From assembly GCA_950097015.1 (NCBI GenBank), contig CATNEN010000002.1, positions 496,001-560,000 of the forward strand: a DNA stretch of 64,000 nucleotides, written 5' to 3'. A model generated the notes under the pieces. That model searched no databases and was not told where the DNA came from. It saw nothing but the letters and a program-made list of their open reading frames with translations. Every line of letters begins with the position of its first letter. Position 1 is the stretch's first letter. Made by a program: the position numbers and the translations under genes. The stretch is from Macrostomum hystrix (Eukaryota > Animalia > Platyhelminthes). Below are positions 47,548-61,143 of the stretch, in pieces.

Positions 47548-50500
47548 TCAGTTCACGTAAGTCCCAGTCGGTCCTCCATCAGCATATTCGTACCTGGTCT
47601 GAAATGCGGAAAAGACCAGACATTGTGGAAGCAGATTGAATCTCGCCGCTGCACTGCAGCTTCGGAAACGGTTCGATTTGCAGACACTCACGTTTCTCTC
47701 TGCAGTCGAAGTCACACCTGTCGGAGCCGGACCTTGCTGAGACGAGTTCTCCTCATAATAGACGGTCTGAAATGCCTCACAATGGCATGAATTGGTCACA
47801 TGCGGAAATATGTACCGACAAAATGAGCTTCCGTACTCACGTTCGGGTCTCTGAAAGCCGTGGCAGGTGCCAGTGGTGGCTGAGAAGAGTTTTCCTCGTA
47901 GTAGATGGTCTGGAATCGCAGTTTAATGTGGTCTGTCGCGTCACGACTTATTAAAGTTGAGGATCAAGGTAACATTTTACAAACTGCTTTGGTATCGCTT
48001 AATGCTGAGACAGAAACTACGTCTGTCTGAATGCATAATCTGGTTTCGTAAAAAATGAAAACAGTTTCAAGACATGTGCTTGCATTGGGGTCTCTCTCAG
48101 CTCCGCAATGGGGCAGACCAGGTCTCACTGAGTTCAGCTCGCTTGGCATACTCTAAAATGTGAGTGGAATTGAGCAATGAGAAGGGTGAGAAAAATGCCT
48201 CAGAAATTCTATGAAGGCAGAGCATAGACCTACAATCGGATTTCTGTCAGCTGGCGTTGAAACAAGCGGAATTGCTGCCGGATGACTTTGGGATTCCTGA
48301 GTCGCAGCAGCACAGGAGCAGCTCCGCCTACAGACAGAAATCGAGACAACGACGCCAAGCCCAATTGAGAGCAGCACGGCAGCCACCAGCAGGAGTCGAT
48401 GCAGCTCTGGCACTGAATCATCAGATTTGACAATCACAGAGTAGATTCCGATCGTCCGATGGCGCTGCTCCACGGAACACGAAACATTGACTGACTGCTC
48501 AGGCCTTCGCAGGTCAAATAGTGCGTAGCGACGTCCAGTTGATGTGGGGTCACAGTTGCAGATGCTCACATTCTTAAAATTTGCGATTCGTTATCCAATA
48601 ATTAGATTGAGTATCAGGCACCTGAATGAAATGATTTAGCTCACATGCCGGGTCCCAGAGCTCGTGAGCAGCGAGCATTTCATTCCTGATATCCAGCCCT
48701 CTTCTTTCACACGGATGCTGATGACAAGCAGTGTTCCCGAGATCTTTGAGTCAGACAGATCCAACAAGTCCACCGTCGAATGAGCTGAAATGAGAGTTGC
48801 TTTGACATTTGCGTTGAGAGCACTTTGATCTCATAGTTCGGAGTATAGCTAATTATGGCTGCTTAGACAAAAGATAAAGACAAAAGACAAAGATAAACAA
48901 GCGCTTGTGTTCGCCGAGCGGAAAGAAGGCTTGGCGGCTTGTCGCGCAATTTACGATGATAGCCAGCTCCCTAAACATAATTGGATTGTATACTGTCTTC
49001 GGATGAGAAAGTAATGGCAGATGTGTTCACAATGAGAAGTGAGCACATCGGCATTTGTGTGTTCGTGTTTGTGTTGTGACGCACAAGCCTGGGAATCACA
49101 ATTTCTATGAAAATAAGGCTGCGTCCCAATGGGTGGTTAGACGAAGGTCTGAATCCAGTCAGGATAATGAGAGAGTAATGTATGATGGATGGAGGTCTAC
49201 TGTTACTAAATGATGCGCCAGTGCCCACAGCCCTCCTGCAAATGCTGATTAAGATTTGAGACTTGTTCGAGTGTCTCATAAAGTCCGATAGACCTATTTA
49301 CTAGCGTAGAAGTAGAAACTCTCCACCTAGTCTATCTTCCACCTAGTGACGGATGGACCAGCTAAGAAAAGTCACCAAGGCCACGGCCTAGTCACGCGTG
49401 AGATTTTTCCAGGTTCTTAAACCCTGACACTGGGCAAGAGCTTACTCAAATTTTCAATCGATATCTGCAGCAAAGCACCACAGGCGAGAACGAAAGGACC
49501 ATGATGCATGGAAATAGCAGACTGCGACATACATCCAGCTGCTACACAGACGGATTAGAGAGCCTCTTGATTGCTAAATTGTCCCAACAGGAACGCACTC
49601 AACAGAACGTTTATGGGCTGCTGGAGTACATTCCGAATTAGGCTCGAAATCAGTCAATTAAGAAGACAACTCACGACAATCAAAAGCAGAGGCCATAGGA
49701 AAATTTTTTTTTGCAATGAGACCTCTGTAACAGCCCTAATTCGAAAAATTAATTTGTCGAACGGATGTACTTTTAAGGGGTCTCAGAGAGCGCTGACGTG
49801 CGTAAACTGACCAAGGTCATGACCGAAGTTTCCATATTGTCAATACTTCGCCCTTTCTATCTGCCTCTGTGTTGGTTTTTGCGCGCCCTGTTACTCCGCT
49901 TTATCCTCTATCCATCAGTCTGTCTAACTTATTTCTCTCTTCTCTATCTCGTCTCGGATTGGCTCGCTGTGCGTCCCTTTCTCACCCTCACCCTCCTCCA
50001 TTCTTAATTATTAATAACTCTCGTGTTATTTTAATATATGGACTTGGCCTAGGGACTCACACAAGGTCTTCCACGTGTTCAGAGTCGTTCATCTATTGCG
50101 GGATATCCAACAGAAAACAAGTTCTTTTAAGAAGAAAAATACAATCGACAATTGAATGAACTGGTCAATTGTTAGATAAACTAGCTAACCTTGTCTGCAC
50201 TCAATTGAATAATCTAGCTCGTATGAGTATTCAATGTCTACACAAAATTGAATATGGAAATTACGAGTAGCTCGTGAGTCGGAATGCGCTAGATAAGCTA
50301 TTGATAAGCTACGAGCTAGCACTGCCTTTACTCAACTGAATAATCTATGACGACTCAAAAGCAACACAAATTAAAAAGCGATCGCAATGAGCTTAGCTTA
50401 GCATTTCGCATATACAATGTACTTACTTAACTCACTGCAGTTAAATGAATGCTCTGTTCGATTGAGCACATTCTTGCCAGCTGCAGTTTGATTAACGTGG

Positions 50501-53500
50501 CAGACTATCCGGACATGGCTTGGAGCTTGGCATTGCTGCAGTGAAATCTTGAGAATCGTACCATTTTCAACTGGTAAAAGTTTCGGCACTGACACACTGG
50601 AATCGCTCTGCAAAGTTGGGGTAGCGCTTTGAATTTCGGAATACTTGTGAAGGGATGGACACGTCAGGCACGTCAGAAGCGCATGGATGCTTAAGAATTT
50701 GTGAAGAAATAACACGAGCGAAAGTCAGGAAGGAAGCAGAAGACGGAAATTAGGGAGCTCTTCTTAGACGATAGAATATGCTTGTATTGACATTACAAAG
50801 CTGATACGAGCGAATCTGACAAGGGCAATGGTGGGATGATTGACAAAGTGAACTATTGCATTAGAGTATTTCAATCAATATAAGCAAAACTAGTAGCATG
50901 TTAATAATAATAATATTCCAGGAGGGCTGCGGGCAATGGCACATCATTTAGTGACACTAGACCCGCAGCAACCCCGAAACTTGTAGCGTAAAAGGACAAC
51001 GAATTTCCAAACCTATATGAAGAAATGGACTCACTAAATTCATCGAACACATTTTACTTGGCTTTGGATTCGCTTCCGAAACTGAAACTTCAACAAACGC
51101 GTGACTTTGGTTCGGTCCATGAAGCTTGAAGGTAACCTGAGGCTGATCTACAAAGAAATAAATCAATAGCAGAAACTGGTGATTGGATGATGATGAAAAA
51201 TTGATGAGAACTATTCTGTATCTCTCACAAAATACGCTGACGTTTTGAACAAGCTGATCAGCTCTGCTTGAGCACGGGTGATTGGCGATGCACACCAGTT
51301 TGGACCCGTGCATCGATCGACGCGCTGTGATGCGGAACGCGGACTGGCCGTTCGATTCAGAAATATTTTCTAGTGAGATCTTCTCCTGCAAAGCAGTTTG
51401 TTCAGTTATTTTGTGCTTATGTGATTCTTATATGCCAATAAAGATATTGAAAAGATACAGATTGGAGTTTAGTCTTGAGCTGCAGCCAGCATTGGTGCTT
51501 CACTTGAGGGCTGTCACTGACTGAGCTGACATTGACAGAAATGACGTCGCCCTCCCAAACACCGACAGTCTGCGTTGCTGTCCATGTGCTTTCTGGCTGC
51601 TCTAAAACGGAATAATTGTATCATTAAGAACACTAAACGTAAACGAATCAGTGCGCAGTGTCATCAGGCGAGACGCTGGGTTGTGTACTATTTTCCGTCA
51701 GTCTAATTATTGATTCCGGCTTCCGTTTCGACTACCTCTTCCACTTCCATCTGTTGCTACCCAAACCTCTTATTGGTCAAATCTCAAAAAATCAATCCGA
51801 TTGATACAGATTGAAGTCTCGCTGTTTTGCGCTACTAAACAGAAAATTTCCGCAACCCAACCACAATGACTCCTGCAAGGCTTTGAAAGCAGCCGACATG
51901 TGCTCAATGGAGCTCATTCACAGTGCATGCGAATCTTTTCCTAAGTTCTCTGAGTGCAATAGTTCGACACACTAGCGGATACTTTTCACCTGCTCCCAAG
52001 GCATACGATCAAAATTATTAGGACACGGCCAATGCCGCACGTCGCAACGAATACATACAGCACTATCGAGCTGTTTTGGCCGGGGTCGGTGGCAGAGCGG
52101 TAAACGCATTTGACTCTCGCACCAAGGTCCCTAAGTTCAATTCCACGGCGAGGCCACATTTATTTGGGTCGCAGACGCAGAGAGAAGGCTTGGGGTGTAA
52201 CGCACTGAAACACTAAGTGCACTAAAACGCATATGGTGGGATTGGCTACATCTCAGGGGCTTGTAAAATGCACAATCAATGACAATTCACACCATTGAGG
52301 GCCGACCTCCAAGGCACAGTGAAGGGTACACTGCTTGACGATGAGAAAGTCAGGGCAGATGTACACACCTGTTTGGGCGTATGTCTGCGTACGGTATTTG
52401 TGTGCGCGTTTGCTCAGAAGTCAGCGAATTGCCTCTTTGCCGGTTGCGGGTCTAGTGTCACCAAATGATGTGCCACTGCCCGCAGCCCTCCCGCAATTCT
52501 TATTTTTCTAATCAGATGTTTTGACTTACAATTCAACCCATGCAGTCGCAACATACAATTCAGGCTTAACTTGTTTCTGTTCATTCCAAATATAATATGT
52601 TTGCATGTATAAAGTCAAACAGAAGCTCAAGTTTCTCTAACAGTGTGGGCATGTCAGAGCAATGAACGAGAAGTACTCACTTTGCAGGTTAATTATGCTG
52701 CTGTTAAACTCTGCCGCATCGGCACCCGATAAATTTTGCTTCATTCTGCAGCTAATCACCTTCCCACTGTCCTCCAATGTCACGTTGAAACTGAAGGCAA
52801 AGCCACCCTGGACCACTTTCTGCAAAAATGTAACCATGGTATCTTAAGACTTCGCTTTAAGCAATCCCAGTCACATATGGGATAGCTGATGTCGGGGCTA
52901 AAGTGATTTAAGCATTTTGTACTTGGCCTCACATTGCGTGACTCTGAAAATGTGCCAGCGAAAGTGCAGCTGACAAATGAGGCTTCAGGATTTCCAAGGT
53001 CGGTCACATTGAGGCGGAAATGTGCAGTGAAGCCGTGACACAAGACTGGGGACAGCTGCTGTACTGTTGCAGCTGGCCGGTCTACAATGGAATAACATTC
53101 GTATTTAGCTTGTGTATGACACTTGCAATCTGTTCTACACAGCTTATTTTGAAAGACAGAATGCCAGTTTAAACTTTTCGGTAAATTCAGGGAGGAAAAA
53201 CCTCAGTAAAAACGGAGACTATTGACCAAGTCCGAGGGCATTGAGTAGATATACTCTAGGAATATACATCTAGAAGTGTTAGTTGGACTCAGAGTCAGAG
53301 TCTGAAATTTAATAAAGAATTTGAATAGTGTCTGTATATACTCGCATGCGCATTGACCGCTAACACAAACTGCTCAGAAACAGTTTTTCTTACGTTGAAT
53401 GGCTTCTTGGTAAGTCACGTGACTGGGACACGTCACTTGTACCACTCATGCGGAGGGTAGGAAATTAACATTCTTGGGGTTCGCTTCCAGCCCAGTTGCT

Positions 53501-56460
53501 ATGCCAAATATCCATTAGCAACCAGCTAAGGGAAAGAGAAATTAGAAGTACAGAAGCAAATAAAGCAGAGAATAGAGCACCATCATGAGACAGGGAACGA
53601 CAGAAAGGGGAGGGACAGGAGATGGTAAGAAATAATTGTGCAAACAAACAATATTTCCAAAATGGAATTTGCTAGCAATCTACAAGCCTTTGGGTTTCCA
53701 TGAAACTGATCAGCTTCTTCCAACCAGAGAACAGACCCAGGCTACTCACAGTACACAGGTGGAGCATTTATAGACTCGTTCCTTTCACAGCCGAGTCCCG
53801 GCTGGCTCACAGAGCACCGGATGCGGGCTGAATGGCCCCATCGTCTGGATGCGTGTCCGGTGAAAGACTCGCTTGCGACTGACTTCTGCAGAAATGAAGC
53901 CGGGAATTCAGCGACCATTTCTCATGAAATTAGCTCAAAATGTCCAACTAAAGAAGGCATGTGCCTTCAAATCTTCCAATTTTTCTTAGAAAGCTGCTTG
54001 CGATAGAATTATTAGACATTCTAAAATATTTTATAAACTACTTACAGAGAGGCTTCTCATTGTTTCTTCTCCTTGCTGGGTGAGCACTGAGCAATGATAG
54101 CTGGTGTGAAACGGCCAGTTGCTGCTTGTTGAGTTCACTGTGACACTGACGACTGATCCTTCCAGCCAGTAGCTGCCGGGTGACAGTGAGATGCGAGCCT
54201 CACAGGGGTCTGAAGTGCACGCAGGTTGTAAGCAAAGATAATGATTCGCTTGTCACAAGTGTTTCAAATATTTCTATCTAAGATTTTGTAGCATATCAGC
54301 TTACAAACTAACGGAGGAATTTTCAGTGTTTGCTTTGTAGTTTCAGATTTGGTATTGTACGCAGAGTGGCTCTCATTTGAACTTAATTCTTGTCCACAAG
54401 AGATACAGCTGTTCTCGAGGGATGAGCTCACATCCAACCTGAACTCGTAGACCACGTTTAGACAGAAGTGGCACGAGCTGGTGCTTTTGGTTTCCAATTT
54501 CTGAAAATGTCGGCAATTGCTTGTTTAGTCCGACTCATTGCCAAATATGACTGCCATGTGCTAGCTGTCTTACATTCACTCACCACGAGTTTCCTTTTTA
54601 TTTCGTATGTTGAGTAGTTCTGACATTTGTAAGTAACTTGTTGTTCTCCAAGTCCAATTTTCTGCTCCAAGCAGTTGCAAACTCTACAGGCAATCAATGT
54701 CACAGGAAATCCGCCATCACTGGTGACGCTGAAGTTGACGGATCTTCCTTCTACCCAGAACTGGCGCCCACCGATTTGAAGACCGGAATCATTGAAGTTT
54801 AATTGCAAGTCCTTGGGTTTCACTGAGTGAAATGTGGGCATTCATTTATTATATAATTCTGTTTACGGCAAGCACAGACAACAAGATAATCATATTATTT
54901 AAAAAATTATATTATTTTGTTTTAGTATTCAGAGGGATGCAATCGGCTGCCATTGCGCAACCGTCAGTCAAATTGACCCGAACCTAGCGGGGCCGCAGCA
55001 TGAAAAATGTAGTGAGAATGGATCTGGACCCTTGATGTGTGAGTCTCATCAGATATCCTAATACGGTGGAATGCCAGACTGCATGATCGCACAGCTGACA
55101 CTGTTGAAGGCAGCTAATCTGAGAGCTCTCTGATTCGGAGAGCTAATCTGAGGTGAGCAACGATTTGATCCGCTGAGTTCATTCAATCTCTCTTGTTTTC
55201 ATCACGATCAAAGGAAACAAATCAGTAAAATGCATATCGAGTACCATCGAATTGCAGCCTTGTCGAGGCACTGCGGGTTGAGTTGTGGCAGCTGAATTCG
55301 CACAGGAGAATCCAATCGAACAGACTGTTCATTGGTTTGAGTTCCAGCAAAAAGTTCCATGCCTCAGGCTTCAAAACTCTCTGGAATAAGAAAATATCAC
55401 CACTCCGTGCTTGCTCACAGGCAAAGCTGATCAACCAAGGTGAAAGGTCAGCTCAGGACTCACCAAGTTCCCATTCCACTGCTCGCCAGCCTGAGATGTG
55501 ATCCTGCAGCTGGGCTGTCTGCCGGAATCCATTGGGCACAGCAGAGACACGTTCACAAGGACTGAATCACCGAGTTTCAAATGTTTCAGCCCAGGTTTGC
55601 ATCGCTCAGTCTTGCTCGAGGCGGCGGCACAAGTAGAAAAATAAGCATGGTTTGCTTCTGCACAGGAGTGAGAGATGCCCAGTGTTTTAGAGAGAGTAGA
55701 ACAAGTCCATATTACAAGTCCAAAAACATTCAGTTCGGAATATTACGAGCGCATATCAATTTTAAGGCTCAATGAGATCAATGAGATACGAAAGCTCACC
55801 TTCTGTGATATCCAAGCCGTTGAAGGATGAGAATGAACTCCCTGGACGCTGCCGAATAAGAATGTGCTCAGTCGGCTGCAATGTGAGTTGTGATGCATGA
55901 GCTTAGAACAGTCATCTGATCAATCTGGACTCTCAGTCGAGTCAGTGGAGAGTGCAGTTACCAGTGGAATGGCGGTCCTGTTGCACTGCACGAAGAACTC
56001 CGCAGTCGAGCCGGCTGAGACGCCTGCCCAGCCACAGGAGGACAGAGTGGTCGAGTTGTGTCTGAGCACGGCGCGGCAGTTCGAGTCAGCCGCGAACGCT
56101 TCGGGTGGCAACCAGCTGCCGAGGAGAACCTGCAAGCCGCTGCCTCCAGCTGAAATTGCAAAGCGGCTGCCTTGACAACAACGAACTGACTCTGAGCTCA
56201 GCTGCGACTCACCTGCGTGCACAGTGACAGACAGCACTCGGACTTCTCTGACCAGCTTCAGCAGCAGCCAGTGGAAGCCGTCAGAGTCAGCGACTCTCCC
56301 GAGGCTCCAGGGCCGCTCGCTGAACTGGGACTCGCTGACGCAGCTCGAAGAACTGGCTCCGCCGGACTGCCAAGCGGCAGCCACGTCCGCGATGGAGACG
56401 CGGAACGTCCGGCTGTCAGCCGCGCCTGCCAGTAGGCCTGAGGGTGGTGGGATTGGGTCG
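47548..56460 (-). CDS. Multi-exon Ig-like single-pass receptor gene X (5' exon boundaries approximate)
   Basis: Ig/C2-like exons (FSFNVTLEDSGKVISCRMK; ARRSMHGSKLVCIANHP; VRIVCHVN). In-frame 3' chain: exon ending 50436, then 48784-48645, 48572-48234 (TM: LLLVAAVLLSIGLGVVVSISVC), 48152-48084, 47909-47841, 47766-47692, 47598-47548 (stop). Upstream exons around 52.6-56.5 kb were only partly joined. Confidence 0.6.
50290..51839. repeat. Segmental duplication, copy 1 (near-identical to 62451-64000)
   Basis: Three ORF pairs are offset by exactly 12,161 bp; only two substitutions seen by eye. Confidence 0.95.
50917..50972 (-). mobile_element. SINE family B 3'-end fragment (also at 63078-63133)
   Basis: (TAA)n tail plus CAGGAGGGCTGCGGGCAATGGCACATCATTTAGTGACACTAGACCCGCAGC. 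Confidence 0.7.
52082..52498 (+). mobile_element. tRNA-derived SINE family B, full length, plus strand
   Basis: TGGCAGAGCGG A-box at about 52090, GTTCAATTCC B-box at about 52135, 3' end GGGTCTAGTGTCACCAAATGATGTGCCACTGCCCGCAGCCCTCCCGCAATT. Confidence 0.85.
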
Positions 56461-56594
56461 AATTATGTAGAAAAAGCATGCAGAAATGTAGCAGGCAGTC
56501 ACGGTACATTAATGGTCATTTTGGAGTGATAAAAATGGCTCCGGTCTGAAATCTCCTCTCCAAAGATTTTATGCGACCGATTGAATAAATACAG

Positions 56595-57258
56595 AATTGA
56601 ACTCACTGCCAACTGAAATGGCTGTGACAGCTGACGCAATACGAGCTATTAGGTTAGGGAATTTGAAGTTTGCAAGAAGACCAAATTTTTATTTAGTTTT
56701 TTCTAGAATTTTTAAGAATACACAGCTGTTTAATAAATCATTTAACGAGTTGCTGGTTTGTAAGTCTGTTAGGTTGCCGTTTGTTTCTTGATTGAGCTTT
56801 TGTGATCGAGGATTGAGTTCAGTATCGCAGCATTCTTACCACACAAGCAGCAGCAGCAGCAGCAGCAGCAGACCCAGGACCACAAGAAGCTCTGCCAAGA
56901 AGACAGTTGACAAAAGCTCGGCATATTATGTTGCAGCTAAGGAAAATGGCACTCGAGCTTCTGCTGCTAATTAAGAAATTCGGTTTTGTGTTTCAGTCAA
57001 GCTGCCTTTTATATTTTGATCGGCCAAGGGTCGAGAATGGAATGCAGCCCTGTCAGCTATTGCTGCTAAATACCGATTTGGTCCATCGGTGTGCCGATTT
57101 TGGCAGTTTTAATGCACTGTGGATAGAGCTAGCGTGCATTGTAAACAATGATTCTGCCAGCAACGAGGCGCAGCACCTCAACAGAAATCAGCTGCATCGA
57201 AGCTTTGCGTTCGGCCTCTCAAAGCCATTTTTCTTTGTGCTGAAACAGGACAGAGAAA
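56595..57258 (+). repeat. ~660-bp dispersed repeat containing a (CAG)n tract, copy 2
   Basis: Inverted relative to 45461-46117. Confidence 0.8.
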
Positions 57259-58099
57259 TAAGAAATGCAGGAAGAGACAATGCAAAGACTGAAACACTTC
57301 ACATCCTTGCTGATGTATATTTCATTTAGCTATTCATAAAGTATTCTTGTCTTTCCTTTTTGCCTAAAATTATTCACTCTAACAATTCCTGTGTAAGCAA
57401 ACAGGCAAACATCACTGATTCAACTTTAACTAAGAATAAGCTATACAAATTAAATACATTGAATTGGTGATTGTAGTGTTTGCACTAGCCATATATAGAA
57501 TGCGCCTGACACTTTACCTGCGTCCATCTTGTAAAATAAATTCTCACTGATTAACCAGATAATTATTCATCTGCTGTCAGACTCGGATAAAGTTTCATCC
57601 AACAACTGAATGGTTATTGACAAGTTTAAATTGGAATTTTACATGGCTTAGGACAAGGACCAGTGGAATAGCGGTCCTGTTGCACTGCACGAAGAACTCC
57701 GCAGTCGAGACGGCTGAGACGTTCAGTGGTCAAATGACAAAATGACAACGCAATAGTCAGTTACATAGTCAAGCGCCCGCCCCAGCCCTCGTCAAGGCCT
57801 GGGTGCCGGCCGCGCCGCTTGTTCTTCTGCCAGGTCGACCCTGCCGGTTTAACGAACTGGCTGCTGATTGGCCCGGCCCGGGGTATCGCGCTTAAGTCGG
57901 CTCGTATCAAATTGGCTAGCCGCCCTTCTATTAGCTGGGCCCACCAGACCGGGGTTAGTCCGATGCCTTGGCTGTAGAGCAGGGTGACCCGCCGGTCGCG
58001 TGCGTAGGCCTGGCGGGGCGCGCTTGTACGAGTATAAACAACTAACCTATAACATACATTATAGCGTCTGACTTCGGGGCGTCCGTTGGAGCTTCAAGC

Positions 58100-59340
58100 G
58101 GCTTGGTCAAAGGCTCAACTGTCGACTTGCTTACTTTCTGAGCATCCGATAGGGAGGTTCTTGAGATGCCGTCGGCAGCTACAGTGGAAGCAATGCTATC
58201 GGCGGCAAAGCCAATGTGCAAGTCAGCTCCCGTGGTCTCAGTCGAGGTCTTTTCGATGGCTAAAATGGTGAGATCGTTCGACAGTCGTTGCAATTACGAT
58301 CGGAATTGTGATATTTGAGTGTATTCTCTAATTTCCACTCACTGTAGTTTGCCTGAAACATTTTCGAGTTTCTCGATGGACCGAAAACTCGGTCTCCATC
58401 TCCGTGAACTGGCTGACCTTACAGGTGACGCTTACTGCAGCCTGAGGCTCCAGGAGCCGTTGGAGCAGCTGGGCTCTTCGGACCCAGCCAGAATTGGAAT
58501 CAGAACTCGGACTGCAGCCTCACGATTGAGCAGACATCTGTGAGGCTGACAGTTGCCAGGGGTTAGCGATATGGGCGGCTTCAGCCGCCTCCTCGCTGCG
58601 TCCGTCATGGAGGCTCCCTGCCGCTAAGTCAAGAAGAGGCTGACAGTTCGAGTCGGTGGCCGTTGCTGCTGACCAGCGAGCAGGAATGCCGCGGTGCGGG
58701 CAGGGCGAAGTCCGTACTGTAGCTGAAGTGCGCCGGCTTGCCCACCAGCCAGTGAGCGGCGCCATTCAGGCTGAGCTTCACCGACCGCGAAGGAACTGCG
58801 TCTGCGGGTGTGGAGGCGAGACTAAATTTTTCCTCACTAGCTTCAAACCGTTTCAAAAGAGTGTAGCTTTTCCTTAAGAATGATACTCGAATGAAAACTT
58901 CGATCAACCTCATGCTGACAGTTTATTAAGATGAAACTGAGCGAAAATCGGATCGCACCAACGAACTCGAGCGTCTCATAGACAGCCTGGCTTCCGCCGT
59001 CCGAGCACCTGTAGCTAAGAGTGAGCACTGCTCCCTGCATCCATAAATATCCGATCAGCGAGAACCTCAGCTGGTTGTCTGACAACTAAAGTGAAAAAAA
59101 CAAGCTGAAATGTGTTTTCGGCTAAACAGACAGCAAAGAGAAGCGGGATGATTACCCTGTGGAATTCATTGGTCGGATTCGGTAGCACTGGAGTGCCGTT
59201 CGGAAGCTTCATAGTCAGAGTCACGTGACCTGGCTGTTTTGTACAGGGCAGATGCGCCAGCACCGTGACGCCGCGACCATCGGTGAGAAGCCGCAGGCCG
59301 CCATAATGACACTCGGTGGATTCAGATGTGCACACTGAGA
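58100..59340 (-). pseudogene. Further exons of a receptor-like gene (Z), probably truncated or degenerate
   Basis: Exon-like GC-rich segments with splice sites (VCTSESTECHYGG...EFHR|gtaatc; LSDNQLRFSL...; AIEKTSTE...DAQK|gtaagc). In-frame stops occur in 58450-58640, and no transmembrane exon follows. Confidence 0.35.
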
Positions 59341-59819
59341 ACTTTCCAGCCTCTATGGCTGAAAGCGATCAAGTTGCTCTTCATCAGGGATAGCGTCTAC
59401 ATAGAAAGTATCATGGATACTAGTATCAGAAAGTAACTGGATCGGAGCTGTCAGTCACTAAAAAAAGATTTATTGAATGATTTGGCTGTAGGAATGGTGC
59501 AAGTTTCTGTATACAATGCCCGAAAATATTACTCAGAATTGCCAAGCCGACGAAGCTCATGTTCGCGTAATGGTCGGCCAGCTTACTCAGCAGGATGACG
59601 GACGCTCTGGTCTGCAATGCCGGACAGCTCAAATTGGAAATCAATTCTTGGGACCTAGGAAATCAATATCGAATATTTTTTTAATTCTAAATTCCTAAAT
59701 CAGGACGCCCACCTGACTGGCCAGTGAGCAGCAGGAGACTGTGAGCCGCTCCACGACTGCGATCCCCGCAGCCTTGGCGGAGCCGCACAGTGAGAAGTGC
59801 TCTGATGGCTCGGCGCATC

Positions 59820-60058
59820 TGATGGCAGCGTACAGCTGTTCAGTCCAAGGACTGGGACTCCCCACCCTAAATTACCAAAACTACCAATCACCCCAGCTAA
59901 TATTGCTATCCATTTAACAGCTGGATGAACTGAAGCAGTGCAGATTTTTGTGTTTTTCTAAATGACACAAATTGTGTCATGTCACAGTGGAGTCGTGAAT
60001 CGAACCCCCGACCTTCAAGTCGGGAGTCCGACGCTCTAACCACTAGACCACGAGCCCA
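59820..60058 (-). mobile_element. SINE family A copy
   Basis: Reverse complement GTGGTCTAGTGGTTAGAGCGTCGGACTCCCGACTTGAAGGTCGGGGGTTCGATTCACGACTCCACTG followed by the central domain. Confidence 0.8.
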
Positions 60059-61143
60059 CTCGGAGTCCAGCAACACCTATAGCTCTAAGCAAATTTCACT
60101 CACAATTCAATGTTTTGTGACCCACAGAGGTGCAGTAGACGGTGATAGCCATGTACTATAATATAGGATTTCGGAAATCGGAACCTGTGCTACTCATACA
60201 CTTTATTGCTATATTCATGATAACAAACTTCAAATAAGAAAATACAATAATTGTACGGCCACGTGTTTCTCATACTCTGAGCGTAAATTTTTGTTTATAC
60301 GCTCGTATTAAGTAGTTAGCACATTTATTTAAATGCTTGAATAAATAAGCAAATAAAATGACTTCACAATTTTGATAAACATTTTAGCGTAAAAGTACTG
60401 TCAGAAAATAGCTCCGCATATTATAAACTATAAGAAATTTTATAGGAATTAAAAATGTTCATCGCTTTATTAAAAGCTGCAATATTAACACTCAAAATGT
60501 CAGTCGGTTATCATTAAGGATTCTAAAGCTTGAAATAGAATATCTTGCTGTGTAGCTCTTAACAGGAATAAACAACGAGATAACTTCCGGATTCATTCTA
60601 GGCATATGTATAACTTATTCGTGAGCACCGACTGCGGTTCAACCTGTGCTTCACCAGGGCGCAACTCTAAATATAGAGAAACTAAAGTATTGATAGATAA
60701 ATTGATTGATACACTGGAAATTCAATCCTTATATTAAGAATATTTCACAATTTAAACACAGGATTATAAACAAAAAATGTCTAATTATAGCGAGTCATCT
60801 AGAATAAGTTCTAAATACAGGAAGAATTTCTGAATATTTACTTTTGATAAATTTCGACAGCTAATAGAATGTGTTTATTAAAAGGAAGACAGCCATCGAT
60901 GACGAACTCAGCAAGAAGGATAACAGTTTCCTGAACAATTCTTTGAAGTCAAGTCTTGAACGTGAGAACTATAGTACAATTTCTTACACTGACTACTCTA
61001 AAGCACTTAGAACTACATTTAGTGCACTTCAGTATGCTCAGCAACTTCCAGTTGAAATAAAAGAAAGTCCATGTCCGTATTTTATCCGTGACTCGTCGAT
61101 GGATAAAACAAAACTCGATTTTCTAATTTTAAAGCACTCGCCA

